Shown: positions 40,828 through 49,349 of the stretch, in pieces
How positions within the stretch are numbered: the stretch's first letter is position 1
Layout: each line of letters opens with the position of its first letter
Position numbers and translations under genes: made by a program
Notes under the pieces: model-generated
The model's input: only the letters and a program-made list of their open reading frames with translations
What the model was told of the DNA's origin: nothing
The model's database searches: none
Assembly: GCA_963760915.1 (NCBI GenBank)
Contig: CAVXEU010000002.1
Span: forward strand, 1,670,132-1,734,131
Source of the DNA: an uncultured Bacteroidales bacterium
GTDB lineage: Bacteria; Bacteroidota; Bacteroidia; Bacteroidales; VadinHA17
Direction: 5' to 3'
Length of the DNA: 64,000 nucleotides

Positions 40828-42100
40828 TTTTGCAAACAACGAACAGAAAAGCCAAACTGCTTATCAATAGAGCCTCCCCTGTTTACAACACTAGAACTGT
40901 AGTATAAGTAACGAGCCCAAACGTAAGAAGTATTTATCTCTGTAGCCGACCACAGGTAACAGCTACCACCTATGCCGCCAAACGATCCACTTTGATCACG
41001 GAGGCCACCCGGACGAGATGAGAAGCCTGTTTCATTAGTTGCTCCTGTATTGGGACTTTGCCAAAGTGAAATGCCTGTTTCTTTTAGTTTACCTCCTGCA
41101 ACATTTTCACCCCCAAGATATGTTGTTAGTGTTGTCCATTCTGCATCAGTAGGAACATGCCAGCCTGTGGGACATAGCTTTCCTGAGTTTACTGTGAACC
41201 AATTATATAAAGCACCATAAGTAACTTTAATTGAAGGAAATGTTGGTACATCGTTATTATAATAACAATATGCAGATGTGGTTAATTCTGCCCATGTATT
41301 TGGCGCCGTAACCAAAGGTATTGATGTATTATCGTTGAATTTTGTGGTTTTAAGGTTCTCCATCATCCATGTTTGAGTGCCAATGGTTATAGTGTTGTAA
41401 ACATTGAGGTCTAAATCGGTTATAGACGTAACTGCATAAGAAGTAGTAAAGCTTATTTCATTTCCATAAGCTGTTCCTGCACTGTTGGTGGCATATGCTT
41501 TAACATAATATATTGTGTTTGCTGACAGACCTGTTATACTACTTATAAATGTACCAGTGGTACCAGTTTCAGAAGTTTTGGTAGTTAAGGCAATTGTAGG
41601 ATTTAGTGATGCACTCCAACATATTCCCCTTGCAGTAATTGTATCTCCATTGTCATCTGCAATATTTCCACCTGAAGTAGCTGATGTTTGAGTAATTGAA
41701 GAAGTTTCTGCAGTAGTCAAAATAGGAACCTTAATCTGGCTTGTAGTAAATGATATCTCATTACCATAACTTGTGCCATCATTATTCGTAACATAGGCTC
41801 TTAAGCAATAGCTCGTATTTGGTGTTAGCTGGGTAATATTACTGATAAAATGTCCTAATCTACCAATCTCAATAGTCGTGCTATTCATAACGGTAGGTTC
41901 AGCAGATGTATTCCAACAAACACCTCTAGAAACAACTGGGGACCCGCCTTCATTTGTAACTGTACCTCCAGAAACGGCAGTAGTATAAGAAAATCAGCTA
42001 TAGCAGATGTAGTCACTGTAGCAGGACTTGTTTTTTCTTTACATGAATAGAATATGAAAAATAAAAAAATACCTATTGAAATTCTAAATATATTACGCAT
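40821..42100 (-). pseudogene. surface lipoprotein with three tandem Ig/Fn3-like repeats and a C-terminal FISUMP (Fibrobacter succinogenes major paralogous) domain, interrupted by a 1 nt frameshift
   Basis: The lipobox is IFYSCKEK. The two track ORFs (41885..42100 and 40821..41888) join if the A4 run at 41990-41993 is read as A5. The restored text ...ADFSYTTAVSGGTVTNEGGSPVVSRGVCWNTSAEPTV... matches the later repeats (...SGGNIADDNGDTITARGICWSASLNPTI...). FISUMP motifs: IGTQTWMMENL, YGALYNW, CPTGWHVPTDAEW, GFSVRC. Confidence 0.75.
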
Positions 42101-42123
42101 TAGAATTATATTATTTACAGTTT

Positions 42124-42149
42124 AATTAGATATGTTAACATATCTAATT
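42124..42149. repeat. perfect 26 bp palindrome AATTAGATATGTTAACATATCTAATT
   Basis: Checked base by base; it equals its own reverse complement. It begins 24 nt upstream of the lipoprotein start codon at 42100. Confidence 0.9.
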
Positions 42150-42256
42150 TACTATTTGCCTGAAACTAAAAATGTGATTAGCTAAAGACAAACATGATAG
42201 CGTGAGAGGGATTGCGTTGTATGCAAGGAAACCCATTAATTTCAGGCCACAATATC

Positions 42257-42706
42257 TTAAATAGTTGATTCTTATTAATAGGTGTTTTTTGTTTCATTCG
42301 TCAGCATTGGATATTTACTTGTGGCAAAATAAATACCTTATAAATCCTACGAAAAATTAAGTTAAGAATTTCTTTCTCCCTGAACCTCATCCACTTCAAC
42401 ATATTATATGCTATAGCTGCCAATAATGTGTTGATCTTCTCGACGATCGCCTTCTTGATTTTGCCTCCAGCAGGTTCCTTTACCTGTTCCAGTTGGGGTT
42501 CTAAAGTATGTCTATCGTATGCAATGTTCTATCACTTTTTCAGTAAGCTTCCGGTCTGTTGGAAATGTGATGGCTTAGGCAATTTCATAAACATGATTTT
42601 CAGGGTTCTGACCAAATTTAATCAAACCCAAACCAAAAAACAAGACTTAAAAGAACATATGTTACCAACAATCTGATTATTAATAATTATTCAAAACCAA
42701 CTAATC
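42257..42706 (-). mobile_element. miniature IS5-family-like element, copy B (longer copy)
   Basis: Minus-strand translation gives ...EPAGGKIKKAIVEKINTLLAAIAYNMLKWMRFREKEILNLIFRRIYKVFILPQVNIQC-stop. Upstream of it is a short start fragment, MKLPKPSHFQQTGSLLKK-stop. It lies in the same orientation as copy A, and both ends are shared with it. Confidence 0.6.
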
Positions 42707-42817
42707 AATTAGTACTTAAATACATACTCTTTTACAATTTCTACAAACGCGGAGAGCCTGGCAGAAAAACATTTTAATTATAAACTTCATAAATTGTAAC
42801 AATTTCCAACGAAATAA

Positions 42818-43903
42818 TTAAAGGGTTTTGTATAATTGCTTCGTTTGGAGGACTGTTTTTTCCCATGAAAATTTCTTTACATGTTCAAGTCCCCTACTTA
42901 TCAATTCTATTCTTCTTTTAGTATTATTAAGTAATGTTTCAATTGCTTTTGCTATTGACCCTTCATCATAGGGATCAAAATACTCAGCGGCATCTTCAGC
43001 AATTTCAGGAAAACAACTTGAATTACTAATCGCAATAGGGCAGCCTGATGCCATTGCCTCTAATATTGGAATTCCAAAACCTTCATAAAGTGAAGGAAAA
43101 ACAAACAACTCAGCATTTTTATATAATGAAGCCAATTCTGAGTCATTTACTGAAAGAACAGTTGTTACTCCATAAATTCCAAGGTTCATTATCAATATTT
43201 CTTCTGATTTTGAGAACGGATCTCCAACACAGACTAGTTTCAAATTGGACTTTTTTTTATGCACTTGTGCAAAAGCATTCACAAAACGAACGAAATTTTT
43301 ATAATGACGTCTATCTCCAACAAATAATATGTAATTTCTGGGAGTCTGAAATAAAGGCGATATTTTCCCATTATTCAAACGATAGCCCTGATAAATTACC
43401 TCAATTTTTTCAGCATCTGCACCAATAATATCTATTATATCTTGTTTTGTTTGATTGCTTATAGCAATTATCTTTTCGGCTCTAAGTATTAATTCTTTCT
43501 TGTTTTTAATATTAATGTCCTTCTCTGGAAAAAGATCGGTAAACTTCTCATGAATCATATCGTGAACTGTAAGAATAAAAGGTTTGCCTTTTAAGCTCTT
43601 TAAAAAATAAGGATCATAATATGTTGGATGAAAAATGTCAAAATCATTATTCCTGAGAAAATGTTTTGATAGATTTATATTTATAAAATTTATTAATCTT
43701 TTTTTACCACGAAAATTATATTTATTTAATAATTCGTATAGCCTATTATTATTCCCTAAATAGTAATTCTGATCTAACATTCTGGGAAGCATGATCTCAA
43801 TGTTCGGGTCTTTTCTAAATTGGAAAATTAACTCAGAAAAATAGCGCGATACGCCTCCATATTTTTGAAGTGAAAAGATTTGAGCGTCGTATATTATTTT
43901 CAT
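42818..43903 (-). CDS. GT-B fold glycosyltransferase (family 4), paralogue of 36038..37123
   Basis: FPSLYEGFGIPILEAMASGCPIAISNSSCFPEIAEDA. It is 361 aa, and the N-terminus MKIIYDAQIFSLQKYGGVSRYF parallels MKVVFDNIIFYLQRSGGGTIYW. Confidence 0.85.
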   Translation of the reverse strand: MKIIYDAQIFSLQKYGGVSRYFSELIFQFRKDPNIEIMLPRMLDQNYYLGNNNRLYELLNKYNFRGKKRLINFININLSKHFLRNNDFDIFHPTYYDPYFLKSLKGKPFILTVHDMIHEKFTDLFPEKDINIKNKKELILRAEKIIAISNQTKQDIIDIIGADAEKIEVIYQGYRLNNGKISPLFQTPRNYILFVGDRRHYKNFVRFVNAFAQVHKKKSNLKLVCVGDPFSKSEEILIMNLGIYGVTTVLSVNDSELASLYKNAELFVFPSLYEGFGIPILEAMASGCPIAISNSSCFPEIAEDAAEYFDPYDEGSIAKAIETLLNNTKRRIELISRGLEHVKKFSWEKTVLQTKQLYKTL

Positions 43904-44673
43904 TTTTTACTACCTGATATCTGAAAATAATCTTGCCATGTTAAACTTGTCAAAAAAAGTTTAGCCAAAAATTTATGAAGTCCAAACTTATTTAGTCTGA
44001 GTAAAAATTTCAACTTTCTCTCAGAAATTCTTTTGTCTGTAAATATATGAAAGGAGCCATGGTGTATATATTTTAAATCAAAAGAGTTTGCAATATAATT
44101 AAGAGTCTTTTCCGAATATATAGAAATATGTTGCCCGTGGTCAAGTCCAAAATACCACCATTCATTAGGTTGGGGGACTGGTTCAGTTAATATCTCAGTC
44201 GTGAAAATTATGTTTTTTGAAATAGAGAGCATTTTTTCTATTTCCCCAATTGGATTTTCAAAATGTTCGAAACTTTCAAAGGTGGTTATTGCTTCCACCT
44301 TTTCACCATTCCATTCAAATACTCTTGAAAAAAGATTTTGAGTATATTTATCCTGCCAATAGAAGTCGAATCCGACATCTCTCATAAGTCTGACGAATAC
44401 ACCATAGCCTCCTGCATAATCTAGAAACTTTCCTTTAGGATCAAATAATAGAGTTAATATTACAGAAGCGGATTTTGATAGAACTATATTTCTATGCAGA
44501 TATCCGGTGTCAGACAAATTAATAGATTCTGAATATGCCTCACTTAGCCAGTAAGGTTCTTCAGTTTGAAGGAAACCGCAAGTAGGGCAATGAAAATATT
44601 TCACATCATACTTATTCAATACCTTAGCATTAAAGATATAGACTGACTCTTCATTACAAATTTTACAAATCAT
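43900..44673 (-). CDS. class I SAM-dependent methyltransferase with N-terminal CxxC...CxxC zinc-ribbon-like segment
   Basis: CKIC...CPTC at the N-terminus and LDYAGGYGVF (glycine-rich SAM loop). The ORF-track start at 44688 is TTG, so the ATG at 44673 was chosen. Confidence 0.65.
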   Translation of the reverse strand: MICKICNEESVYIFNAKVLNKYDVKYFHCPTCGFLQTEEPYWLSEAYSESINLSDTGYLHRNIVLSKSASVILTLLFDPKGKFLDYAGGYGVFVRLMRDVGFDFYWQDKYTQNLFSRVFEWNGEKVEAITTFESFEHFENPIGEIEKMLSISKNIIFTTEILTEPVPQPNEWWYFGLDHGQHISIYSEKTLNYIANSFDLKYIHHGSFHIFTDKRISERKLKFLLRLNKFGLHKFLAKLFLTSLTWQDYFQISGSKK

Positions 44674-44680
44674 TTTACAT

Positions 44681-45583
44681 TTATTCAAATAGCCTCATGA
44701 TCTTCTTACCCACTCGAATAATTAATGGTGGTGGGGAATAATGGTTTTTAAAGGTGTAGTAATCTGCCTTTTCAAATCTTTCTATTATTTGGGGATGTTT
44801 GATGTTATCAATTTCGTATGTCGGTTTATTCGCATCTTTATTATCTGCATTTTTTGTGTGCGTTGCTTCCTTACCAAATCCAATGTTTGAAATTAAATTG
44901 ACGTTTGGAAGGATCGCTAATCCCTTATTAAACCACATAGTAAAGTTGCATTGGTAATCCCAGGTATCGATTTCTCTATTTTTCATTTTCCAGAATATAT
45001 CACTCCAATATTTAAAAGCATTACCAGACCAATAATTTTTTATAAATGAATCATTTGGAATGCTATTTAACTCTACATCATAAAATTTCCATCTATTAGC
45101 CCAACATGCCCAACCCCAAACATGATTTAATCCAGAAAAATAATAACTTGCATCACCTCTTTTAATTCCATTTTGAAAATTACATCCTCCAATTTGCCAT
45201 ATTCGATTATCATCCTTATATTTTTTTAAAAGATTTTGGCAAAAACTAAAGAAACTTTGGCTGGGTAAACAATCATCTTCAAGAATGATTCCTTCTTCTA
45301 CATTCTCAAAAAACCAGCTTATAGCTGAGCTTATGGATAGCTTGACCTCCAAATACTCCTCACGGAAAAGTGTCTGCACATCGCAGTTCCAATCGACCAG
45401 TTGTAAAATATTCCTGGTCTCTTGGCATCTTTCAGCTTCGCCTCCGACTTGAGCTCGTGGAGCATTTGCTGCAACAAAAAGCCTTGATGGTTTTACTTTA
45501 CGAATAGCTTCAAAAACTAGTTGAGTAGTCTCCAGTCGTTTGAAGATAATAAATAAGATAGGAGTATTAAATAATTCCTTCAT
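44681..45583 (-). CDS. putative GT-A fold nucleotide-diphospho-sugar transferase (GnT-I/HlpA-like)
   Basis: TPILFIIFKRLETTQLVFEAI (beta-alpha start) and ILEDDCLP (acidic DxD-like motif). The resemblance is weak. Confidence 0.45.
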   Translation of the reverse strand: MKELFNTPILFIIFKRLETTQLVFEAIRKVKPSRLFVAANAPRAQVGGEAERCQETRNILQLVDWNCDVQTLFREEYLEVKLSISSAISWFFENVEEGIILEDDCLPSQSFFSFCQNLLKKYKDDNRIWQIGGCNFQNGIKRGDASYYFSGLNHVWGWACWANRWKFYDVELNSIPNDSFIKNYWSGNAFKYWSDIFWKMKNREIDTWDYQCNFTMWFNKGLAILPNVNLISNIGFGKEATHTKNADNKDANKPTYEIDNIKHPQIIERFEKADYYTFKNHYSPPPLIIRVGKKIMRLFE

Positions 45584-45891
45584 AATTAATTTATATAATT
45601 GGTCATTGATCGTTTCAGTCTAATTTCGGTTTATTAAATACCAACAATTATCTTAGGCTAGAATGCATATTGAATCCACAGATGATTTTTTTCAAATAGT
45701 TTTGAATGGATCAATAAACCCACTGACATTAAATGTACTTTTCTGATTCCTTAAATTCAATGGAATCATCTTCCGAATTTTTTTTTACCCAGATTACCTC
45801 CTAGAGAGAATAAGTTTTAGATATAATTAAATCTAAACATCAGTTAAATTAAATCGAACAATCAGAGTTCGGAAGAAAGAGATGATATTTC

Positions 45892-46866
45892 TTATCTGAT
45901 TTTGTCATGATTTTTTTCTAAATAACCAAACAAATCATTTATTCCTGATTTAAGATCAAAAAGCGGTAGAAATCCAATTCCCCTGATATTTGCATTGCTA
46001 ATCTTGTATCTCTTGATTTCAGGGAAAACATCATTATCTAAAATTATTTTTTGGGGTGTAATTATGGGAAGATCCTGATTATAACGATTTTGATATACTT
46101 CTTTAACTAATTTAGCAATTTCCATAATTGTCAGAGTTTCTCCTGAACTAATATGGTAAATATTATTTTCAATCCTCTTAGAATCATTTTCGATGATCTT
46201 TTTTATTGCTTGACAAACATCATTACCGTGTATAAAATCCCGTTGCGGGGATCCATCAGACTGTAGTTGTATTTTTTTATTTAAATAGGCACCTTTACAA
46301 AGATCGTTAACTACCAGCCACCAACAGTTATTATCAGAAAAAACTGGGGCCCCATAACTGTTTGAAAGTCTGACGATGATAGCATCCGTCGATGTTTTTC
46401 TGTTATAATAGTCACATATATTTTCACTTAAATAATGTGTTAACCCATAGACACTATTAGTTTTAACAGGCTGGCTTTCCTCAATAATATTGTTTTCAAG
46501 TTTACCATATACGTGAATTGTAGAAATATATATAAACTTTTTCAAATTTTGCTTAGAACATTGATCTAATAATCTCCATGTAGGTAAAACATTAACATCA
46601 TTAACAAAACCAGGCTCCTTGTCAGAATCAAAATGATCAAGTGACACGAGGTGAATAATGATGTCAGGTTTAAACTCAGAAATTTTTAAAATAGTTTCAT
46701 GATGCCGTATATCTCCTTCGATAATGGCATACATTTTACTTTTCCAATCTTCATTTTTAGGCGCATAAGGAAAGCATACCGGAATAATTAGGTTCCCTGC
46801 ATCAGCCAGATACTGCGATAAACGCGCTCCAATATATCCATTACCACCGGTGATAACAATTTTCAT
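45892..46866 (-). CDS. extended SDR family NDP-sugar reductase/epimerase (AscF/RfbJ-position enzyme), catalytic Lys not conserved
   Basis: ITGGNGYIGARL. The active-site stretch reads NSVYGLTHYLSE, i.e. YxxxH instead of YxxxK. It is the last gene of the CDP-hexose gene block. Confidence 0.7.
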   Translation of the reverse strand: MKIVITGGNGYIGARLSQYLADAGNLIIPVCFPYAPKNEDWKSKMYAIIEGDIRHHETILKISEFKPDIIIHLVSLDHFDSDKEPGFVNDVNVLPTWRLLDQCSKQNLKKFIYISTIHVYGKLENNIIEESQPVKTNSVYGLTHYLSENICDYYNRKTSTDAIIVRLSNSYGAPVFSDNNCWWLVVNDLCKGAYLNKKIQLQSDGSPQRDFIHGNDVCQAIKKIIENDSKRIENNIYHISSGETLTIMEIAKLVKEVYQNRYNQDLPIITPQKIILDNDVFPEIKRYKISNANIRGIGFLPLFDLKSGINDLFGYLEKNHDKIR

Positions 46867-46878
46867 AATCTCACAAGT

Positions 46879-47331
46879 TCATCTGTCTTTAACAGCCCAG
46901 TCATAATCGATTGTTTCGTTTTGATGAGGATCCATTCTAACAATTTCTTCCTGATCGTGAGGTATATCTGTAAAATTAATTACGAAAGCTTCCTCAGTAC
47001 CAATGCCTTTAAAACCATTCCAAACTAAAGGAGGTACGGTCACCATAACGTACTGATTTTCTCCGATATAAATTTCTTGTAATTGTTTATAAGTAGGTGA
47101 ATCGCGTCTTGCATCGAATAGTACAAATTTAATATTTCCTTTAAGGACCACATAATTAAGTGTCATCTTTTTATGCATATGCCAAGCTTTAACTACTCCC
47201 GGAAATACAGTGGAACAATAGACTTCTCCAAATGTATTAAATTGTGTATCAGAGCATTTCAGTATATGCATTATTTTTCCTCGATCATCCGGGATAATCT
47301 TACGAGGAGTAATTTGTACATCTTGAATCAT
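46879..47331 (-). CDS. RmlC-like cupin NDP-4-keto-6-deoxyhexose epimerase
   Basis: VKAWHMHKKMTLNYVVLKGNIKFVLFDARRDSPTYKQ parallels the RmlC core (..GLH.Q....KLV.C..G...DV.VD.R..SPT.G). Confidence 0.7.
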   Translation of the reverse strand: MIQDVQITPRKIIPDDRGKIMHILKCSDTQFNTFGEVYCSTVFPGVVKAWHMHKKMTLNYVVLKGNIKFVLFDARRDSPTYKQLQEIYIGENQYVMVTVPPLVWNGFKGIGTEEAFVINFTDIPHDQEEIVRMDPHQNETIDYDWAVKDR

Positions 47332-48407
47332 AAGTTATATGCCTCCATAAATTGGGTTATATCATTTAATGATAAAATTCTAGGATCAATGCCCTCCTTT
47401 AGATACTTTTTGTACCATAATATGGTATTTATTATTGTCTGTTCAAAATCCCAGGTAGGATTCCATCCTAGATGATGAATTGCTTTATCGCAATTTAGAT
47501 GTAATAATCCTGCTTCATGTTTTAAGCTATCTTTTTGGCCAACTTTTAAAGTGCCTTCACCAAATATAGAGATAACTTTTTCTGCAAGTTCATAAACAGT
47601 TTTAATTGATTTTACAGATGGCCCAAAATTCCAAGATCCAGAATACTTTTTAGGATTATTGTATAATTTTTGAGCTAAGAGCATATAACCAGATAGAGGT
47701 TCTAATACATGTTGCCAGGGTCTGGTTGAATTAGGGTTCCGAATTTCAAGCTCCTTGTGTTCCATTAGAGATCGAATACAATCAGGGATAATGCGATCGT
47801 TAGCCCAATCACCACCGCCAATTACATTACCAGCCCTAACGCTAGCAACGCCTTTATTCGAATTAAGGCTAAAATAAGAATCAAAATAAGATGAGAAAAC
47901 TATTTCTGCAGCTGCCTTCGAAGCGCTGTATGGATCATGACCTCCCAATTCATCATTTTCCCTATATCCCCAAATCCATTCCTTATTTTTGTAACATTTA
48001 TCGCTGGTAACATATATAAGAGACTTTACAGACTTAGATTTTCGGATAGATTCAAGAATATTTGCTGATCCTAAAACATTTGTATCAAAAGTAAGCTTTG
48101 GCTCATCATAGGAATATCTCACAAGTGCCTGAGCTGCTAAATGAAATACAATCTCTGGTTTAATTTCATCGAATTGTTTTTTTAGCCAGTTAAAATCTAA
48201 TAAGTTACCATCAATATGATGTATTTCTTTATGAAGTTTTATCAGATTATAATGATCGTGTTCATATTCAGGCGGAAGGGAATAACCATACACGCTGGCC
48301 CCCAATGTTTTAAGCCACAATGCTAGCCAGGAACCCTTAAATCCTGTATCTCCGGTAATTAAGATACGTTTATTTTTGAAGAAGTCAGATATTACCACTT
48401 TTTCCAT
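47328..48407 (-). CDS. rfbG: CDP-glucose 4,6-dehydratase
   Basis: ITGDTGFKGSWLALWL (signature of the CDP-glucose dehydratase subgroup) and YSASKAAAE. It overlaps rfbF. Confidence 0.9.
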   Translation of the reverse strand: MEKVVISDFFKNKRILITGDTGFKGSWLALWLKTLGASVYGYSLPPEYEHDHYNLIKLHKEIHHIDGNLLDFNWLKKQFDEIKPEIVFHLAAQALVRYSYDEPKLTFDTNVLGSANILESIRKSKSVKSLIYVTSDKCYKNKEWIWGYRENDELGGHDPYSASKAAAEIVFSSYFDSYFSLNSNKGVASVRAGNVIGGGDWANDRIIPDCIRSLMEHKELEIRNPNSTRPWQHVLEPLSGYMLLAQKLYNNPKKYSGSWNFGPSVKSIKTVYELAEKVISIFGEGTLKVGQKDSLKHEAGLLHLNCDKAIHHLGWNPTWDFEQTIINTILWYKKYLKEGIDPRILSLNDITQFMEAYNL

Positions 48408-49174
48408 GGGGCCTTATTATCTTCATAAAGAGAATTTAATAATATATATTCACGGTATGTATCCATGGGTTGCCAAAAACCATCATGATTGAATTGCATT
48501 AATTGTTTATCATTAACCAGTTTCATCATTGGAGCTTTTTCAAATATCAGATCATCATCTCCATCTAGATACTCAAATAAGCGGCGATTACAAACAAAAA
48601 ATCCACCATTTATGCGACCTTCGGCTGCCTGGGGTTTTTCATTGAATTCTGAAATGACTCCTTCATCGGTACATTTAATTTCACCAAATCTTCCGGATGG
48701 ACGTACCCCAGTAAGGGTGAGAATTCGTTCATGGTTGTTGTGATAGGTGATTAGCTTTTCAAGATCAATATCGCTTAAACCGTCGCCATATGTAAGCAAA
48801 AAAGTCTTATCCTCTCCAATATATTTCTCAATTTTTTTGACTCGAGCTCCTGTCATGGTTTTTTCACCTGTCTCTACAAAAGTAATTTTCCAGTCATTCT
48901 CATCAATTTTATTGTGAAAATATACCGATTCTTTGTTTCCTAAATTAAGTGTAAAATCAGAAATATATGCTCTATAATTAAGAAAATATTCTTTAATCAC
49001 TTGCCCTTGATGGCCTAAGCATAATATAAATTCATTATGGCCAAATATTGAATAATACTTCATAATATGCCATAATATTGGATAACCACCAACGGGAATC
49101 ATTGGTTTCGGTATATTATCTGCTACATCCCTGATTCTGGTGCCTTGACCCCCACAAAGAATGACTATTTTCAC
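48392..49174 (-). CDS. rfbF: glucose-1-phosphate cytidylyltransferase
   Basis: (M/V)KIVILCGGQGTRIRDVADNIPKPMIPVGGYPILWHIMKYY is the typical RfbF N-terminus. GTG start. Confidence 0.9.
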   Translation of the reverse strand: MKIVILCGGQGTRIRDVADNIPKPMIPVGGYPILWHIMKYYSIFGHNEFILCLGHQGQVIKEYFLNYRAYISDFTLNLGNKESVYFHNKIDENDWKITFVETGEKTMTGARVKKIEKYIGEDKTFLLTYGDGLSDIDLEKLITYHNNHERILTLTGVRPSGRFGEIKCTDEGVISEFNEKPQAAEGRINGGFFVCNRRLFEYLDGDDDLIFEKAPMMKLVNDKQLMQFNHDGFWQPMDTYREYILLNSLYEDNKAPWKKW

Positions 49175-49349
49175 AGCTTTATAATTTTAAAGAAATTATT
49201 AATATATATCGAAATCTATTCATATTTGATGTAAATCTCAGAAAACTCATTAAAATGAGTAAATGCATTTAAACTCTAATATAAAATTGGGAGTTAAAAT
49301 ATTACTTTTTTCTAAATTGGCAGTATGATGTCTATCAAATTTTTACTCT

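Noticed and set aside
42428-42676. 82 aa plus-strand ORF
   Set aside because: It lies entirely inside MITE copy B, antisense to the transposase-remnant frame. It is absent from copy A because of the internal deletion.
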